A DNA stretch of 64,000 nt, taken from NCBI GenBank assembly GCA_963771175.1, contig CAVYSY010000026.1, positions 64,001 through 128,000 of the forward strand, read 5' to 3'. Every line of letters starts with the position of its first letter. Within the stretch, counting starts at the first letter, position 1. A model generated the notes under the pieces. That model was given only the letters and a program-made list of their open reading frames with translations, did no database searches and was not told the DNA's origin. Of the stretch, positions 10,573 to 21,700 are shown one piece after another. Source of the stretch: an uncultured delta proteobacterium. GTDB lineage: Bacteria; Myxococcota; Myxococcia; Myxococcales; Myxococcaceae. The translations under genes were made by a program, and so were the position numbers.

Positions 10573-10606
10573 CGCCCCACGCCCTCTCTCGGAGAGGGTG
10601 GGGGCG
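10573..10606. repeat. REP-like palindrome between convergent genes
   Basis: CGCCCC-AC-GCCCTCTC-TCG-GAGAGGGT-G-GGGGCG stem-loop. Confidence 0.55.
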
Positions 10607-10625
10607 CTACGCTCAAGCACCGTCC

Positions 10626-13343
10626 TCACTCCGGGCGCGGCGCGTTGCCCGTCCACGCCTCCGCCGCGTCGCGCATCACGGACTCGTCCCCCTCGAGCGA
10701 CACCACCAGGTTGCCAGCGCATAGCGCGAAGTCACGCTGAAGCTCCGCGGGAGTCACGGCGGCGAGGTGCTTCGGAAAATCCTCGACCGAGGACAAGGGC
10801 TGACCCAGTCCGCGTGCGGAGAGCACGGCCTGGGCCAGTTGCGCCGAGGTCCCGAGCGACAGTGCGTGCCGCTGCTGTAACCGCCGACGCGCGGCCTCGA
10901 GCTCCACCGGCTGCCAGTGCCCTTCCGACAGCTCCCCCAGCGTCTGCCGCACGGCGGCGAGTGCCCGCGGAAGCTGGGCGTTCTCCACGGCGCCATGCAC
11001 CTCCAGGTGAGCGGCACCACCCTCGTACACCACGCTTCTCCCGGAGAAACCGTAGCTGGCGCCCAGCGAGGAGCGCACCTGCCGGTAGAGGCGCGTGCTC
11101 GCGAGCTCCGCCATCAAGTCGTAGCGCGCCTCGGCGGCCGCGTCCGCCCCACGCAAGGGGCAGCCCCAGGACACCTGCGTCTGGGTCGCTCCAGGACGGG
11201 CGGTCCTGAGCACCTGGGTCGGACGCGCCGGGCCTGCCTCGAGCGGCGGAGGCGGGCGCACCACACCACCCGAGCCACTCCACCCGGACAACCAGGTGCG
11301 TGCCTGCTTCTCGGCCTCATCGAGGTTCAGCTCGCCCACGATGGCCACCACCGCGTTGGTCGGGCGGTAGGTGCGCGCCACCCACGCCTCGATTTCCCGC
11401 TCTCCCACCGCCTGGAGGTCCGCGGCGAGCGGCATGCGGCCGTAGGGGTGTCGCGGATAGAGGGCCGCGCGAAAGGCGCGAGCGGCCACGTACTCGGGTC
11501 GAGCCTCGGCCTTCTCGATGTACGGGATGATCTGATCCCGGAAGAACCGCACGTACGCGTCGGAGGTCTCCAGGGAGGAGAGCTGCTCGGCCGTCATGGC
11601 GAGCATGTTGGGCAGGTTGCCCGCCGCACCCGAGAACCTGAAGAGGGCATGGTCGGTGAAGACGTAGCTGCTCCGGCGCAGCCCGAAGTCGGACGCACTG
11701 CCCTGGAAAGTGGAGTTGGGGAAGACGAGGGAGTCGGCAAGCTCTCCCACACCGAACGGCTCGCCGCTCGCGGAGCCACCATGCAGCCACACCGCGACCG
11801 TCGCCAGCGGCATGCCGGGCGTAGACCCGAGCACCACCTCCAGCCCGTTCTCCAGCCGGATGGTGCGGAAGCCCACCATCGACGGTGGCGGCGTGAGCGG
11901 CCCCTTGGCCGGGACGTCCTCCTCGACCGACAGCGGGGCCACGCGCCCGGCGGCGGAATCCGCGGCGCCGCCCGTGGTGGGCCACACCATCACCATGCGC
12001 GCGCGCTCGCGCTGCAGGTACTCATAGGCGAAGCGGGTGACGCGGGTACCGTCCGCCTGGGCCACCGCGGCCAGCGAGCGCGTGTAGGCGCGCGGGTCGA
12101 GCGTGAAGTGCGTCAGCTCCGCACGGCGAAGCGCGCGATCCATCAAATCCTCGGCCTCGAGCGCCATGCCCGTGAGGACCGACAATCTCTGGCGCTGCAC
12201 CTGGGACTGGGCGGCGAGGATGTTGCCCGCATGGGTCTGCCCATCCCAGACATGGAAGAGCTGATCGAGCACCCTCTCGGCCGACTTCTTCGGGTGCTCG
12301 CCGCTGCGCAGCGCCACCCGAACCACGAGCAAAGAAGCATGCTTGCCAGGAATGAGCCAGGTGGAGAGACCCACGATGTCCCCATCCTCCCGGAGCGATC
12401 GGTAGAGCTCGCTCGGCAGGGTGCGCTCGACGAAGTCCTGCAGGAAGCTGTCATCGTCATAGCCACGCGGCAGCGTCCAGCTCAGGTAGAGCTCGGGCGT
12501 GGGCACGGCGGCCTTGCGCTCGATGAACTCCACGCGAGGGTTGAGGGGTACGGGGGGAGGCGCATCCGGCAGGCGCTTGTCCAGGGCGAGCGGCATGAGC
12601 CCGCTGCCCAGCAGCCGCGCCGGTACGTGTTGCGCGATGAGCTGGTCCACCGTGGTCGGGTCCACATCGCCGATGATGACGAGGGTGGTGTTCTCGGGAC
12701 GGTAGTGGTTGCGCACGAAGGACTGCGCATCGGCCAGGGTGAGCGCCGAGAGGCTCTCGTGCCCGCCAATGATGGGACGGGAATAGGGGTGGTCCTCGGG
12801 GAAGGAGGCCTGCTGGACGAAGGAGAGGACCTGTCCCACGAAGCCCGTCTCGTTGCGCTGGCGCAGCTCGTTGCGCACCACCTCGCGCTCGACGTCGAAG
12901 ATCTCGGGCGTCACGCCCTGGAGCGGGACCGCGAGGCGCTCCCCTTCGATGCGCAACAACTCGGCGAGCGACTCGCGCGGCGCCATCTCGTGGTACACGG
13001 TGGCGTCGAACGCGGTGTAGGCGTTGAGCCGCCCCGCTCCGGCAGCCTCGAGCTGGCCCCAGCGACTGGGGCGCTCGGCGGAGCGGGCGCGGAAGGTGAG
13101 GTGCTCCACCAGGTGCGCCAGGCCCTCCTTGCCCTTGGGATCGCTCGCGCCGCCGCTGCCCACCAGGGAAACAACAGCGACCACCGGCCGCCGGTCATCC
13201 TGCTCCACGAGGACGCGCAGGCCCGAGGCGTAGCGCAGATCCCTCACGGGGAACTGCACGTCGCGCATGGCGAGCCGGCCACGGGGCGGGAGCGTGGCAC
13301 ACGAGGCCAATGACAGAAGCAGCAGGGCAATAACGGGACGCAT
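10626..13343 (-). CDS. M16 (pitrilysin/insulinase) zinc peptidase, lipoprotein
   Basis: Lipobox LASC. HLVEH (HxxEH), LNAYT and EREVVRNE motifs. A second, inactive M16 half starts at LENGL. Confidence 0.9.
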   Translation of the reverse strand: MRPVIALLLLSLASCATLPPRGRLAMRDVQFPVRDLRYASGLRVLVEQDDRRPVVAVVSLVGSGGASDPKGKEGLAHLVEHLTFRARSAERPSRWGQLEAAGAGRLNAYTAFDATVYHEMAPRESLAELLRIEGERLAVPLQGVTPEIFDVEREVVRNELRQRNETGFVGQVLSFVQQASFPEDHPYSRPIIGGHESLSALTLADAQSFVRNHYRPENTTLVIIGDVDPTTVDQLIAQHVPARLLGSGLMPLALDKRLPDAPPPVPLNPRVEFIERKAAVPTPELYLSWTLPRGYDDDSFLQDFVERTLPSELYRSLREDGDIVGLSTWLIPGKHASLLVVRVALRSGEHPKKSAERVLDQLFHVWDGQTHAGNILAAQSQVQRQRLSVLTGMALEAEDLMDRALRRAELTHFTLDPRAYTRSLAAVAQADGTRVTRFAYEYLQRERARMVMVWPTTGGAADSAAGRVAPLSVEEDVPAKGPLTPPPSMVGFRTIRLENGLEVVLGSTPGMPLATVAVWLHGGSASGEPFGVGELADSLVFPNSTFQGSASDFGLRRSSYVFTDHALFRFSGAAGNLPNMLAMTAEQLSSLETSDAYVRFFRDQIIPYIEKAEARPEYVAARAFRAALYPRHPYGRMPLAADLQAVGEREIEAWVARTYRPTNAVVAIVGELNLDEAEKQARTWLSGWSGSGGVVRPPPPLEAGPARPTQVLRTARPGATQTQVSWGCPLRGADAAAEARYDLMAELASTRLYRQVRSSLGASYGFSGRSVVYEGGAAHLEVHGAVENAQLPRALAAVRQTLGELSEGHWQPVELEAARRRLQQRHALSLGTSAQLAQAVLSARGLGQPLSSVEDFPKHLAAVTPAELQRDFALCAGNLVVSLEGDESVMRDAAEAWTGNAPRPE

Positions 13344-13506
13344 CGACCCCCCTCCAGGAATGAGCCGGCGCGCTTCTACCATGAAGCACGGAGCGTCCTG
13401 GCCGAAACTCCCCGCCAGGACGAGCGCGACTGGCGGGGAGTTTCATCCTGGTAACGTTCAACGCCCCCAGGGGCTACGGCACGGGAGCTGCTCGTGCTCT
13501 CGCGGC

Positions 13507-14496
13507 TCAGCGAGCGAAGACGAAGAAGCCCTGCTGGTGCGCGAGCAGCAGGAAGTCTCCGGACAGCTCGATGTCGTAGGTCACCGACGTGGCATAGCGC
13601 TTCACCGGTACCTCGTAGTTCCCGCGCACCGGCGCATCCGGCGTGCTCAGGTCATAGTCGTACAGCACCCCGTTGTTGGAGGGCACGATGAGCTGTGAGC
13701 CATTGAGCAGGATGCCATTGGCCTCGAGGCCCGAGCCCTGGCCGGGTGACACGACGCGCGGCACCCGCGGGTCCGACACGTCGATGACGGCGATGTCTCC
13801 CATGTCGCCGACCGAGCCGTACAGCCACCGGCCGTCGTACAACGCCAGATCGCTCATCATCGGCACCTTCACGCTCCCGAGCGACGACAGGCCGTTGTCC
13901 AGCGAGACGATGGTCAACCCGCCGGCACCGCCCGCGTACAGCCGGCCTCCCTCCAGGAGGATGGACTTCGCGTGTGTCGGCGTGACTGTCTCGGGGACAC
14001 CCGGAGCCAGCGGGTCCGACACGTCCATGCGGCGCACGCCCGTGTCATGGTTGGCGAAGTAGAGCCAGTTCCCGTCGAAGACGAGCTGCCCCACCCCGGT
14101 GCTGCCCACCTGGACCGCGGAGATCTGCCGGGGGGTCTCCCCTGGCTCGTACGCGAAGAACACCACCCGGGAGCCATGGCCCAGCGCCACGAGCCCCTTC
14201 TTCACGGCGATGTTGTTGCTGCCCTGTGGCGACTGGGGCTCGACGCGCGCGCTCGTCACGAACTCCGCGTCATGGCCGTCATTGAGGCGGTACACCTGGA
14301 AGCCGTAGCTGTCGCGCACGAAGGCCTCGCCGTCGAGCACCTCGACGTCGAAGGCCGCGCCCGTGGGCGAGCTCGAGGTCTTGAACGACTCGAGCTCCTC
14401 GATGGTCGACAGGTCGATGGGCGAAGGTCCGGCCAGTCCGCACCCGGCGAGCAGCGCCACGAGCCACAGCCCACCGCGAATCCTCGAGGCGCTCAT
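13507..14496 (-). CDS. Lipoprotein with LVIVD-type repeats
   Basis: Lipobox LAGC. Repeats MDVSDP, VIDVSDP and YDLSTP. Confidence 0.8.
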   Translation of the reverse strand: MSASRIRGGLWLVALLAGCGLAGPSPIDLSTIEELESFKTSSSPTGAAFDVEVLDGEAFVRDSYGFQVYRLNDGHDAEFVTSARVEPQSPQGSNNIAVKKGLVALGHGSRVVFFAYEPGETPRQISAVQVGSTGVGQLVFDGNWLYFANHDTGVRRMDVSDPLAPGVPETVTPTHAKSILLEGGRLYAGGAGGLTIVSLDNGLSSLGSVKVPMMSDLALYDGRWLYGSVGDMGDIAVIDVSDPRVPRVVSPGQGSGLEANGILLNGSQLIVPSNNGVLYDYDLSTPDAPVRGNYEVPVKRYATSVTYDIELSGDFLLLAHQQGFFVFAR

Positions 14497-15626
14497 GGCT
14501 GCTCACCACACATGGAGCACTCCAGCGACTCGGGCACCAGCTTCCACAGGCCCGTGGCGCTGTCGCTGCTGTCCCACATCCAGATGCCGTCCTTGCTGTC
14601 CATCTGCAGGTGCAGCACGCGCGGCAGGCCGGTCGCCACCGTCACCCACTCTTTCTGCGCGGCACCCTTCAGGTGGGCGAGCACGTGACACTCACCGCCA
14701 ACCTGCTCCGTGCGCATCACCACGTAGGCGTTGCCCTCGCTGTCGACGACCATCCCCTGCGGCCCACCGAAGTACTCCTGCTCGTTGATGGGCATGCGGA
14801 GCACCGCGCGCTTCGTCAGCCTGGTGTCGCCCGGCCGGAACGAGTACAGCTCCGCCTCGTCGTTCGCCATCGCGAGCGTCAGCGTCCCATCCCCGCCGAG
14901 CCGGATTCCACCGACGACGAGGCGCGAGCTCACGCCGCAGGAGCCCAGCTCACGCGTGTTGCAATCGAACAGCTTCGTCGCGCTCGACAGGTCCCCCGCG
15001 AGCTCGAACACCCGCGAGCCGTTCGTGGCGTAGATCTTCCCGTTGGGATGCCGGACGGCGCTCGCGGGCGCATTCGCCGTGCCCGTGCTCGGATCGGTGC
15101 CGGCAATCTCCTCCCACACCGACGCTCCCGGCGCGAGGCGCAGCAGCTTCGAGAACGCGTAGAAGTTCCTCGATGCTCCGAGCACCGTGCCGTTCTCCGC
15201 CACCAACAAGGGCAAGATCGGCGTGCCGTCCGCGAGCCCGGGCAACTGCGTGACGCCCTGGTCGGTGATAGCGAGGTACACGGAACGGTTATCGCCGCCG
15301 TAGCCGAGACCGATGAGGCCCACGCCCTCTACGAAGCCGAGGAGGTCCGTCGGCAGGACGGAGTCTTCGCGCCTCACCCAGACCTGGGTGTCCTCCTCGA
15401 GCGAGCCCTTGAGCTCCCACAAACCACCCTTTGACATGAGCACGAAGGGGCGCCCCTCGGGCGACACGATGAACGAGCCCAGGGACCTGCCACTCGGTGG
15501 GAAGCCGAGGTTCACCGCCTTGAGCGAGCCCGGGTCGATTCCACCGCACCCGGTGCTCGCCACCGCGAGGACAGCCACGAGCAGAGAAGAGAGCTTCGAA
15601 GATGAGAGATTCAAACCGCACTCCAC
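14493..15626 (-). CDS. Hypothetical lipoprotein, probable beta-propeller
   Basis: Signal peptide ending STGC. Beta-blade-like repeats (SPEG, HPNG, DSEG, DSKD). ATGA overlap with the next gene. Start uncertain. Confidence 0.65.
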   Translation of the reverse strand: MECGLNLSSSKLSSLLVAVLAVASTGCGGIDPGSLKAVNLGFPPSGRSLGSFIVSPEGRPFVLMSKGGLWELKGSLEEDTQVWVRREDSVLPTDLLGFVEGVGLIGLGYGGDNRSVYLAITDQGVTQLPGLADGTPILPLLVAENGTVLGASRNFYAFSKLLRLAPGASVWEEIAGTDPSTGTANAPASAVRHPNGKIYATNGSRVFELAGDLSSATKLFDCNTRELGSCGVSSRLVVGGIRLGGDGTLTLAMANDEAELYSFRPGDTRLTKRAVLRMPINEQEYFGGPQGMVVDSEGNAYVVMRTEQVGGECHVLAHLKGAAQKEWVTVATGLPRVLHLQMDSKDGIWMWDSSDSATGLWKLVPESLECSMCGEQP

Positions 15627-15759
15627 GTACCTGCCGTGAAGCTCCAGGAGGATTGAGCTGGAGCCCAGGCAGCACTCGGAGCGAAGTTTTACAGCGGAAG
15701 TGTTTCACCGCCAAGACACCACACGGGTGCAACCCGGGGGAGAGGGTCGTCCCCCGCGC

Positions 15760-16851
15760 TCAGCTCGCGAAGGGCGGCCGGAGCGAAGGAAGCTCGGCCA
15801 CCAACGCCTCGCGGAGACCGCGCTGAGCCACCTTGAGCTGCGCGAGGACGCGCTCGGCATCCACCACCGTGCGCATGGCCAGGCCGCATGCCGGCGTCAG
15901 CAGCACCTGGGAGCCCACGTGTGGGAAGGAGTGCCCCGGGGGCAGCGCCGCCTTGAGCGACACCTCCACCGCGTCCACCAGTTCCCCCACGTCGTACGAG
16001 GAGGCCAGGTCCGTGGGGATGATGCCCAGGCTCAGCGTCGCCCCCGAGTCCAGGAAGCGCGAGAACGCACCCGACTCCTCCAGCACCGCGTCCAGCGACA
16101 GCCGCACGTCCAGCGACAGCACGTCCAGCCCCAAGTCCAGCAGGCTCGCCCAGTTCGTGTTGCCGCAGCAGTGCACGCCCACCAGCGCGCCCTCGCGCTG
16201 CAGCGCCACCACCAGCAGCCGCAGCTCCTGCATGGCCAGCAGGTGCCTCGGGTTGGCACGCTCGAAGGCGAACAGGCCCGGCTCGTCCAGGAAGAAGAGG
16301 GGCGTCGTCCCCGCCCGGCGCAGCGCCTTCACCATCGCCAGCGTCCGCGCCAGCACCAGCCGGAAGATGGCCTCGTCCAGCCCCGGCACGTCCAGCGTCG
16401 CGCGCCCGTCCGTCGTGCGCGCCACCGAGCGCACCGTGAAGGGGCCCGCGAGCTGCGCCTTGGCGAAGGCCAGCTTCCGGTGCTCCACCTCCCAGAGGAA
16501 CGGCCGCCATGCCCGGCAGGCCTCCAGCGAGGGCTCGAAGGACTCCAGCGCTCCCGAGGACAGCGCCGTCTCCAGCCGTGCCAGGAAGTCCGCGCGCCCC
16601 GCCTCCCACGCCTCCAGGTCCACCGTGCACATGCCCTCGTCGTCGAACCGCAGGCCCGGCAACCCGTCGAGCGCCTGCGGAATCATGAACTCCGAGGGAC
16701 GTCCCACCGGAAGCTGCGGCAGGAAAGGGATGTCCAGCGCGAGCGCGGCCTGGAGGCCCATCTCGAGCTGGGTGTGCGGAAGGCTCCCGATGCCCGTGGT
16801 GGCACAGGTGGGCAGGAGCTGGATGGCTCGGCGGATGTTCGACGCGCTCAT
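15760..16851 (-). CDS. 'Core' cobalamin-independent methionine synthase-like protein (catalytic barrel only)
   Basis: TTGIGSLPH, PQLP, LAGPFT, LDEP, Zn motif VHCC, LGIIPT and TPACG. Only 363 aa, with no N-terminal MetE half. Confidence 0.7.
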   Translation of the reverse strand: MSASNIRRAIQLLPTCATTGIGSLPHTQLEMGLQAALALDIPFLPQLPVGRPSEFMIPQALDGLPGLRFDDEGMCTVDLEAWEAGRADFLARLETALSSGALESFEPSLEACRAWRPFLWEVEHRKLAFAKAQLAGPFTVRSVARTTDGRATLDVPGLDEAIFRLVLARTLAMVKALRRAGTTPLFFLDEPGLFAFERANPRHLLAMQELRLLVVALQREGALVGVHCCGNTNWASLLDLGLDVLSLDVRLSLDAVLEESGAFSRFLDSGATLSLGIIPTDLASSYDVGELVDAVEVSLKAALPPGHSFPHVGSQVLLTPACGLAMRTVVDAERVLAQLKVAQRGLREALVAELPSLRPPFAS

Positions 16852-16860
16852 GACGCCACT

Positions 16861-17772
16861 CTAACCCACGGCCCGGGCCACATGCTCCGACGCAGTGCGT
16901 CCCGCTCCGTCGAGCCAGCGTTCGACCGTGGCGACGAACTCGTCCGGAATCTCCATCATCGGCGTGTGGCCGACACCGGCGTACTCGACATACGTCCAGT
17001 CCGGACGCACCCGGGCCAGCTCGCGGGAGTTGGTCACCGGCACCAGCCGGTCCTCGGTGCCCTGGACGAGCAGCGTGGGCACCCGAATCCCCAGCTCCAT
17101 CGCGCGGAACCGCTTCTTGCGAAGCAGCGTGAACACCAGCGAGCGCGCCGCCTCGACCAAGGCATCGTTGCTCCAGGGCATCCGCTCGTGCCGCTCGCGG
17201 GAGAACTCCACGTGTGCCCGCACCAGGTCCTCCGGGAAACGGCTCAAGTCGCGGCAGCAGAGCTGGAGCATCCCCCGCGTCAGCTTCTCGGGCCCGAACC
17301 GGGCCATGCGCCGCTTCATGTAGAGCTCGCCCACGCCTGGAACCGTGTAGAGGGCGAACTGCGTGAGGACGGCCCGCTCCAGCCGGGTGCCAGCGGCCTG
17401 AGGCTGCGCCGGGTTCACCAACACCAGCCCGGAGACCCGCTGGGGCTGACGCGCCGTCTGCAGCACCGAGATGGCCCCGCCCATGGAGTTGCCCACCAGG
17501 ATGACGGGCTCGTTGGGGGACATCGCCTGGAGGAAGCGGTCCAGCAGCGTCTGGTTGGCGTGGACGCTCGCCGAGCGCCCCGCGAGTGGCGTCAGGCCGA
17601 AGCCCGTCAGGTCCAGGGCCAGCACCCGCGCGCGCCGGGCCAGCTTCTCCCCCACCCACATCCAGTTGAGGTGCGAGCCACCCAGCCCGTGCACGAGCAC
17701 CATCGTCGGCCCGGAGCCGCCGAAGTCCATGTAATGAACGGGTCCACCCAGGTCGACCGTGCGCGTGAGCAT
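16861..17772 (-). CDS. Alpha/beta hydrolase
   Basis: HGLGG, GNSMGG nucleophile elbow, GTEDRLV and GHTP. Start ATG 17772. Confidence 0.9.
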   Translation of the reverse strand: MLTRTVDLGGPVHYMDFGGSGPTMVLVHGLGGSHLNWMWVGEKLARRARVLALDLTGFGLTPLAGRSASVHANQTLLDRFLQAMSPNEPVILVGNSMGGAISVLQTARQPQRVSGLVLVNPAQPQAAGTRLERAVLTQFALYTVPGVGELYMKRRMARFGPEKLTRGMLQLCCRDLSRFPEDLVRAHVEFSRERHERMPWSNDALVEAARSLVFTLLRKKRFRAMELGIRVPTLLVQGTEDRLVPVTNSRELARVRPDWTYVEYAGVGHTPMMEIPDEFVATVERWLDGAGRTASEHVARAVG

Positions 17773-17830
17773 GGCCCCTTGCCTATCACGTCCCGAGAGG
17801 GCCGCCTCGCTGTGATGAAAGTCGGGTAGC

Positions 17831-18694
17831 TTGGCGCGCACGCATGCTGAAGCTCCCCCCCTGCCCTCCTCCCTCTCCGCCTGGCGCGAGCGCATCGAAT
17901 CCGTCGTCGCGCCCGCCATCCTCTTCACGACCCGTGACGAGGACGACCCCGCCATCCCTGGATGCCGCTACGGAGGGCACCCGCTCGTGCCACCGGGCAC
18001 GGAGTGGCCCCGCTCTCCGAGTGGACTCCTCGCCTTCGTGGGCCAGCTCGATTTCGCCGAGCTGGCCGCGAGCCGGGGCGAGGCCCTGCCGAACCTGCCT
18101 CGCGACGGCGTCCTCGCCCTCTTCTACGACGTGCAGGAGCAGCGCTGGGGCTTCGACCCCAAGGACAGCGCCTTCTGGAAGCTCGTCTGGACGCCGCACA
18201 GTGAGGACGCGGTGCCGCTCGCGCCACCGAAGGAGCTGGAGGACGCGGGCCTCGCCTTCGACCTGCCCCTGAAGCTGACGCCCCGGCTCGGCCTGTCGCT
18301 GCCGGACATCTGGGACGGCCGCACGCCCCTGCCCGCTGACGGGTGGGGCGAGGCGCAGTCGGACGACTACGCGGTGCTGCGCGAGCGGCTCACCGGAGGC
18401 GAGCACGCGCACCAGGTGGGCGGCCATCCCTGGTGGGTACAGAGCGACGCGCGCCTGGAGGCGCAGCTCGTCACGCACGGGCTCTACTGTGGTGACTCGC
18501 GGGGCTACGACTCCCCCCAGGCCCGGAAGCTGGAGTCCGGCGCCGCCGACTGGAGCCTGCTGTGGCAGATCGGCTCGGACGACCAGACCGGCTTCATGTG
18601 GGGCGACAACGGCAACCTCTACCTCCTCATCCGCGACCAGGACCTGCGCGCCCGCCGCTTCGACAAGGCGTGGCTCGGCCTGCAGTGCGGATGA
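17831..18694 (+). CDS. YwqG/DUF1963 family protein
   Basis: GGHP...WP...L.FVGQLD, HQVGGHP.WVQ, LLWQIGSD...MWGD.GNLY and LQC motifs. Confidence 0.85.
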   Translation: MARTHAEAPPLPSSLSAWRERIESVVAPAILFTTRDEDDPAIPGCRYGGHPLVPPGTEWPRSPSGLLAFVGQLDFAELAASRGEALPNLPRDGVLALFYDVQEQRWGFDPKDSAFWKLVWTPHSEDAVPLAPPKELEDAGLAFDLPLKLTPRLGLSLPDIWDGRTPLPADGWGEAQSDDYAVLRERLTGGEHAHQVGGHPWWVQSDARLEAQLVTHGLYCGDSRGYDSPQARKLESGAADWSLLWQIGSDDQTGFMWGDNGNLYLLIRDQDLRARRFDKAWLGLQCG

Positions 18695-18709
18695 GGAGAC
18701 GCGGGGCCG

Positions 18710-21700
18710 CTACGTCACCGCGAAGTAGTGCGCCTGCGGGTGGTGGAAGACGAGCGCGGAGACGCTGGCCTCCGGCTCCATCATGCACCCGTCCGTGAGC
18801 TGCACGCCGATGTCCTCCGGCCGCAGCGCCTGGAACAGCAGCGTCTGGTCCTCCAGGCGCGGACAGGCCGGGTAGCCGAACGAGTAGCGCTTGCCCTGGT
18901 ACTCCGCCCGGAAGCGCTCCAGCATCGTCATGTCCGGCTTGTCCGGGAAGCCCCACATGCTGCGCAGCTGCGTGTGCAGCATCTCGGCGTAGGCCTCGGC
19001 CGTCTCCAGCGCGAGCGCCTGCACCGCGTGCATCTTCAGGAACTCGCCCTTCGCCTTGTACTCCTCGCTCAGCTCGCGGATGCCCTGCCCCGCCGTGACC
19101 ACGAACATGGCCACGTTGTCCCGCGGCTCGCCGTTCTCCAGCGGCTTCACGAAGTCCGCGAGGCACAGCCCGCCCGGCTTGTCCTGACGCGGCAACTCGA
19201 ACGCCACGCCCGGCCGGCCCGTCTCGCCGTCGAAGAGGTGGAGGCGGTTGCCGTCGCTGCCCGCCTTGAAGAACTGGAACACGGCCTTGGCCTGCATGCG
19301 CCCGCCGCGCAGTGAGCCCTTGATGGACTCCACCTGCTCCTTCAGCGCGAGCGCCTTGCGGCCCTCCTCCGTCTTCGCCAGCTCCGCCTCGGCCGGCGTG
19401 CCCAGCGCGCGCGCAGGCCGTGCGCAGGCCCAGGTGCCGCCCGTACAGCATCACCGGGTTGATGAAGCGCCAGATGGTGTCCAGCGGCGTGTTCGTCAGC
19501 ACGTGCCGCTCGTAGTCCGGCGCCGGCGGCACCTGCTCCAGGATGGAGACCTCCTTGCTGCGCGCCGCCGACACCGGGGCGCACGCCTTGGGCCGGTCCT
19601 TGTCCTGCTGCGACAGCTTCGCGCGGCGCTCGGCCAGCTCGCCCTTGAGCTTCTCGTGCCCCGCCGGGTCGACGATCTGCTTGGCCAGCTCCAGGCCGCT
19701 CATCGCGTCCTGCGCGTACGCCACCGTGCCCTCCGTAGGCCGGGGCGATGTTGCCGGTCCACGAAGTTGCGGCTCAGCGCGGCGCCGCCCACCAGGATGG
19801 GCACGTCCACGCCCGGCGCGCTGCAGGTCCTCCGCCGTGGCCACCATCTGGTGCGCGCTCTTCACCAGCAGGCCGCGAGAGCCCGAGGATGTCCGGCTTG
19901 TGCTCGCGCACCGCCTGCACGAGCTGCTCGGGCGGCACCTTGATGCCCAGGTTCACCACGTCGAAGCCGTTGTTGGCGAGGATGATCTCCACCAGGTTCT
20001 TGCCGATGTCGTGCACGTCGCCCTTCACCGTGGCGAGCACCATCTTGCCGCGCGCGGCCGCCTGGGCCTTGCTCATCTGCGGCTCCAGGTAGCTCACCGC
20101 CGCCTTCATCGCCTCGGCGCTCTGGAGCACCTCGGCCACGATGAGCTCGTTGGCCCCGAAGAGCCGGCCCACCTCGTCCATGCCCTTCATCAGCGGGCCG
20201 TTGATGATGTCGAGCGGCGCGTACTTCTTCATCGCCAGCGTCCAGGTCCGCGATGGAGGCCGTCGCGGCTGCCCTCGATGATGTAGCGCTGCAGCCGCTC
20301 CTCCAGCGGGCAGCGTGCTCACGTCCGCCTTCTTCGGCTTGCGCTCGCGGAAGTGCGCGGCGAAGGGCGTCACCGGATCCGCGCCCCGGTTGTAGAGCAG
20401 GTCCTCGGTGAGCTGGCGCTCCTCGGGAGGCAGCGACGGGTAGCGCTCGAGCTTCTCCGAGTTGACGAGCGCCATGTCCAGGCCCGCCTGGACGCAGTGG
20501 TAGAGGAAGACGCGAGTTGAGCACCTCGCGGCCCGCGGTGGGCAGGCCGAAGGACACGTTGGAGATGCCCAGCACCGTCTTGCACTGCGGGAAGCGCTGC
20601 TTGATGAGGCGCACGCCCTCGATGGTCTCCACCGCGCTGCCCGTGTACTGCGCGTCGCCCGAGGCGCACGGGAAGACGAGCGGATCGAAGTACAGGTCCT
20701 CCGCCTTCATCCCGTACTTGCCGGTGAGCAGCTCGAAGGAGCGCTCGGCCACCTCGAGCTTGCGCTGGCGGGTGACCGCCATGCCCTTCTCGTCGATGCA
20801 GCCCACCACCAGCGCCGCGCCGAACTCGGCGCGCCAGCGGGACCACCTTCTCGAAGCGCTCCTCGCCGTCCTCCAGGTTCACCGAGTTGATGATGGCCTT
20901 GCCCTGGCAGTAGGTGAGCGCCATCGCGATGACGCGCTCGTCCGTGGAGTCGATCATCAGCGGCACGCGCACCTTCTTGACGACCACCTCCAGGAAGCGG
21001 CGCATGTCCTCGAGCTCGTCGCGGTCCGGGTTCGCCAGGCAGATGTCGATGACCTGCGCGCCGCGCTTCACCTGGGCGCGGGCGATCTCCGACGCGTCCT
21101 CGAGCTGCCCCGCGACGATGAGCTCCTTGAACTTCTTGCTGCCGATGACGTTGGTGCGCTCGCCGACGATGACGGGGCGCACCTCCTCGCGCACCTCCAG
21201 GAAGTCCACGCCGGAGAGCGTGGAGCGCGGCGGCGGCACCTCGCGGCGCGGCACGAGGCCCTTCACCGCCTCGGCGAGGGCGCGCGACGTGGCCCGGCGT
21301 GCGTGCCGCAACAGCCGCCCACCACGTTGAGCCAGCCCTGCTCACAGAAGCGGCGCAGCGAGCGCGCCAGCATCTCGGGCGACTCGAGGTAGTGCCCGTT
21401 CTCGTCCGGCAGGCCCGCGTTGGGCACGCAGCGACACCGCGAAGGGGCTGCATGGCCGCCAGCGAGCGGATGTGGTCCGTCATGAACTCGGGGCCGGTGG
21501 CGCAGTTGAGGCCCAGGTAGAGCAGCTCCACGTGCTCCAGCGAGGTCGCCAGCGCCTCCACCGACTGGCCCGCGAGCATGGTGCCCATGGGCTCGATGGT
21601 GCCGGACACCGCCACCGGCAGCTTCGCACCCCAGCTTGCGGAAGGCCCGCTCGATCCCCAGCAGCGCCGCCTTCACGTTGCGCGTGTCCTGGCAGGTCTC

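Noticed and set aside
13475..13490. Sigma54-like GGCACG-N4-CTGC
   Set aside because: It points antisense into a minus-strand gene, so it is likely a chance match.
17831..18694. DUF1963 gene as orphan immunity protein
   Set aside because: No adjacent toxin and nothing in the sequence to support the role.
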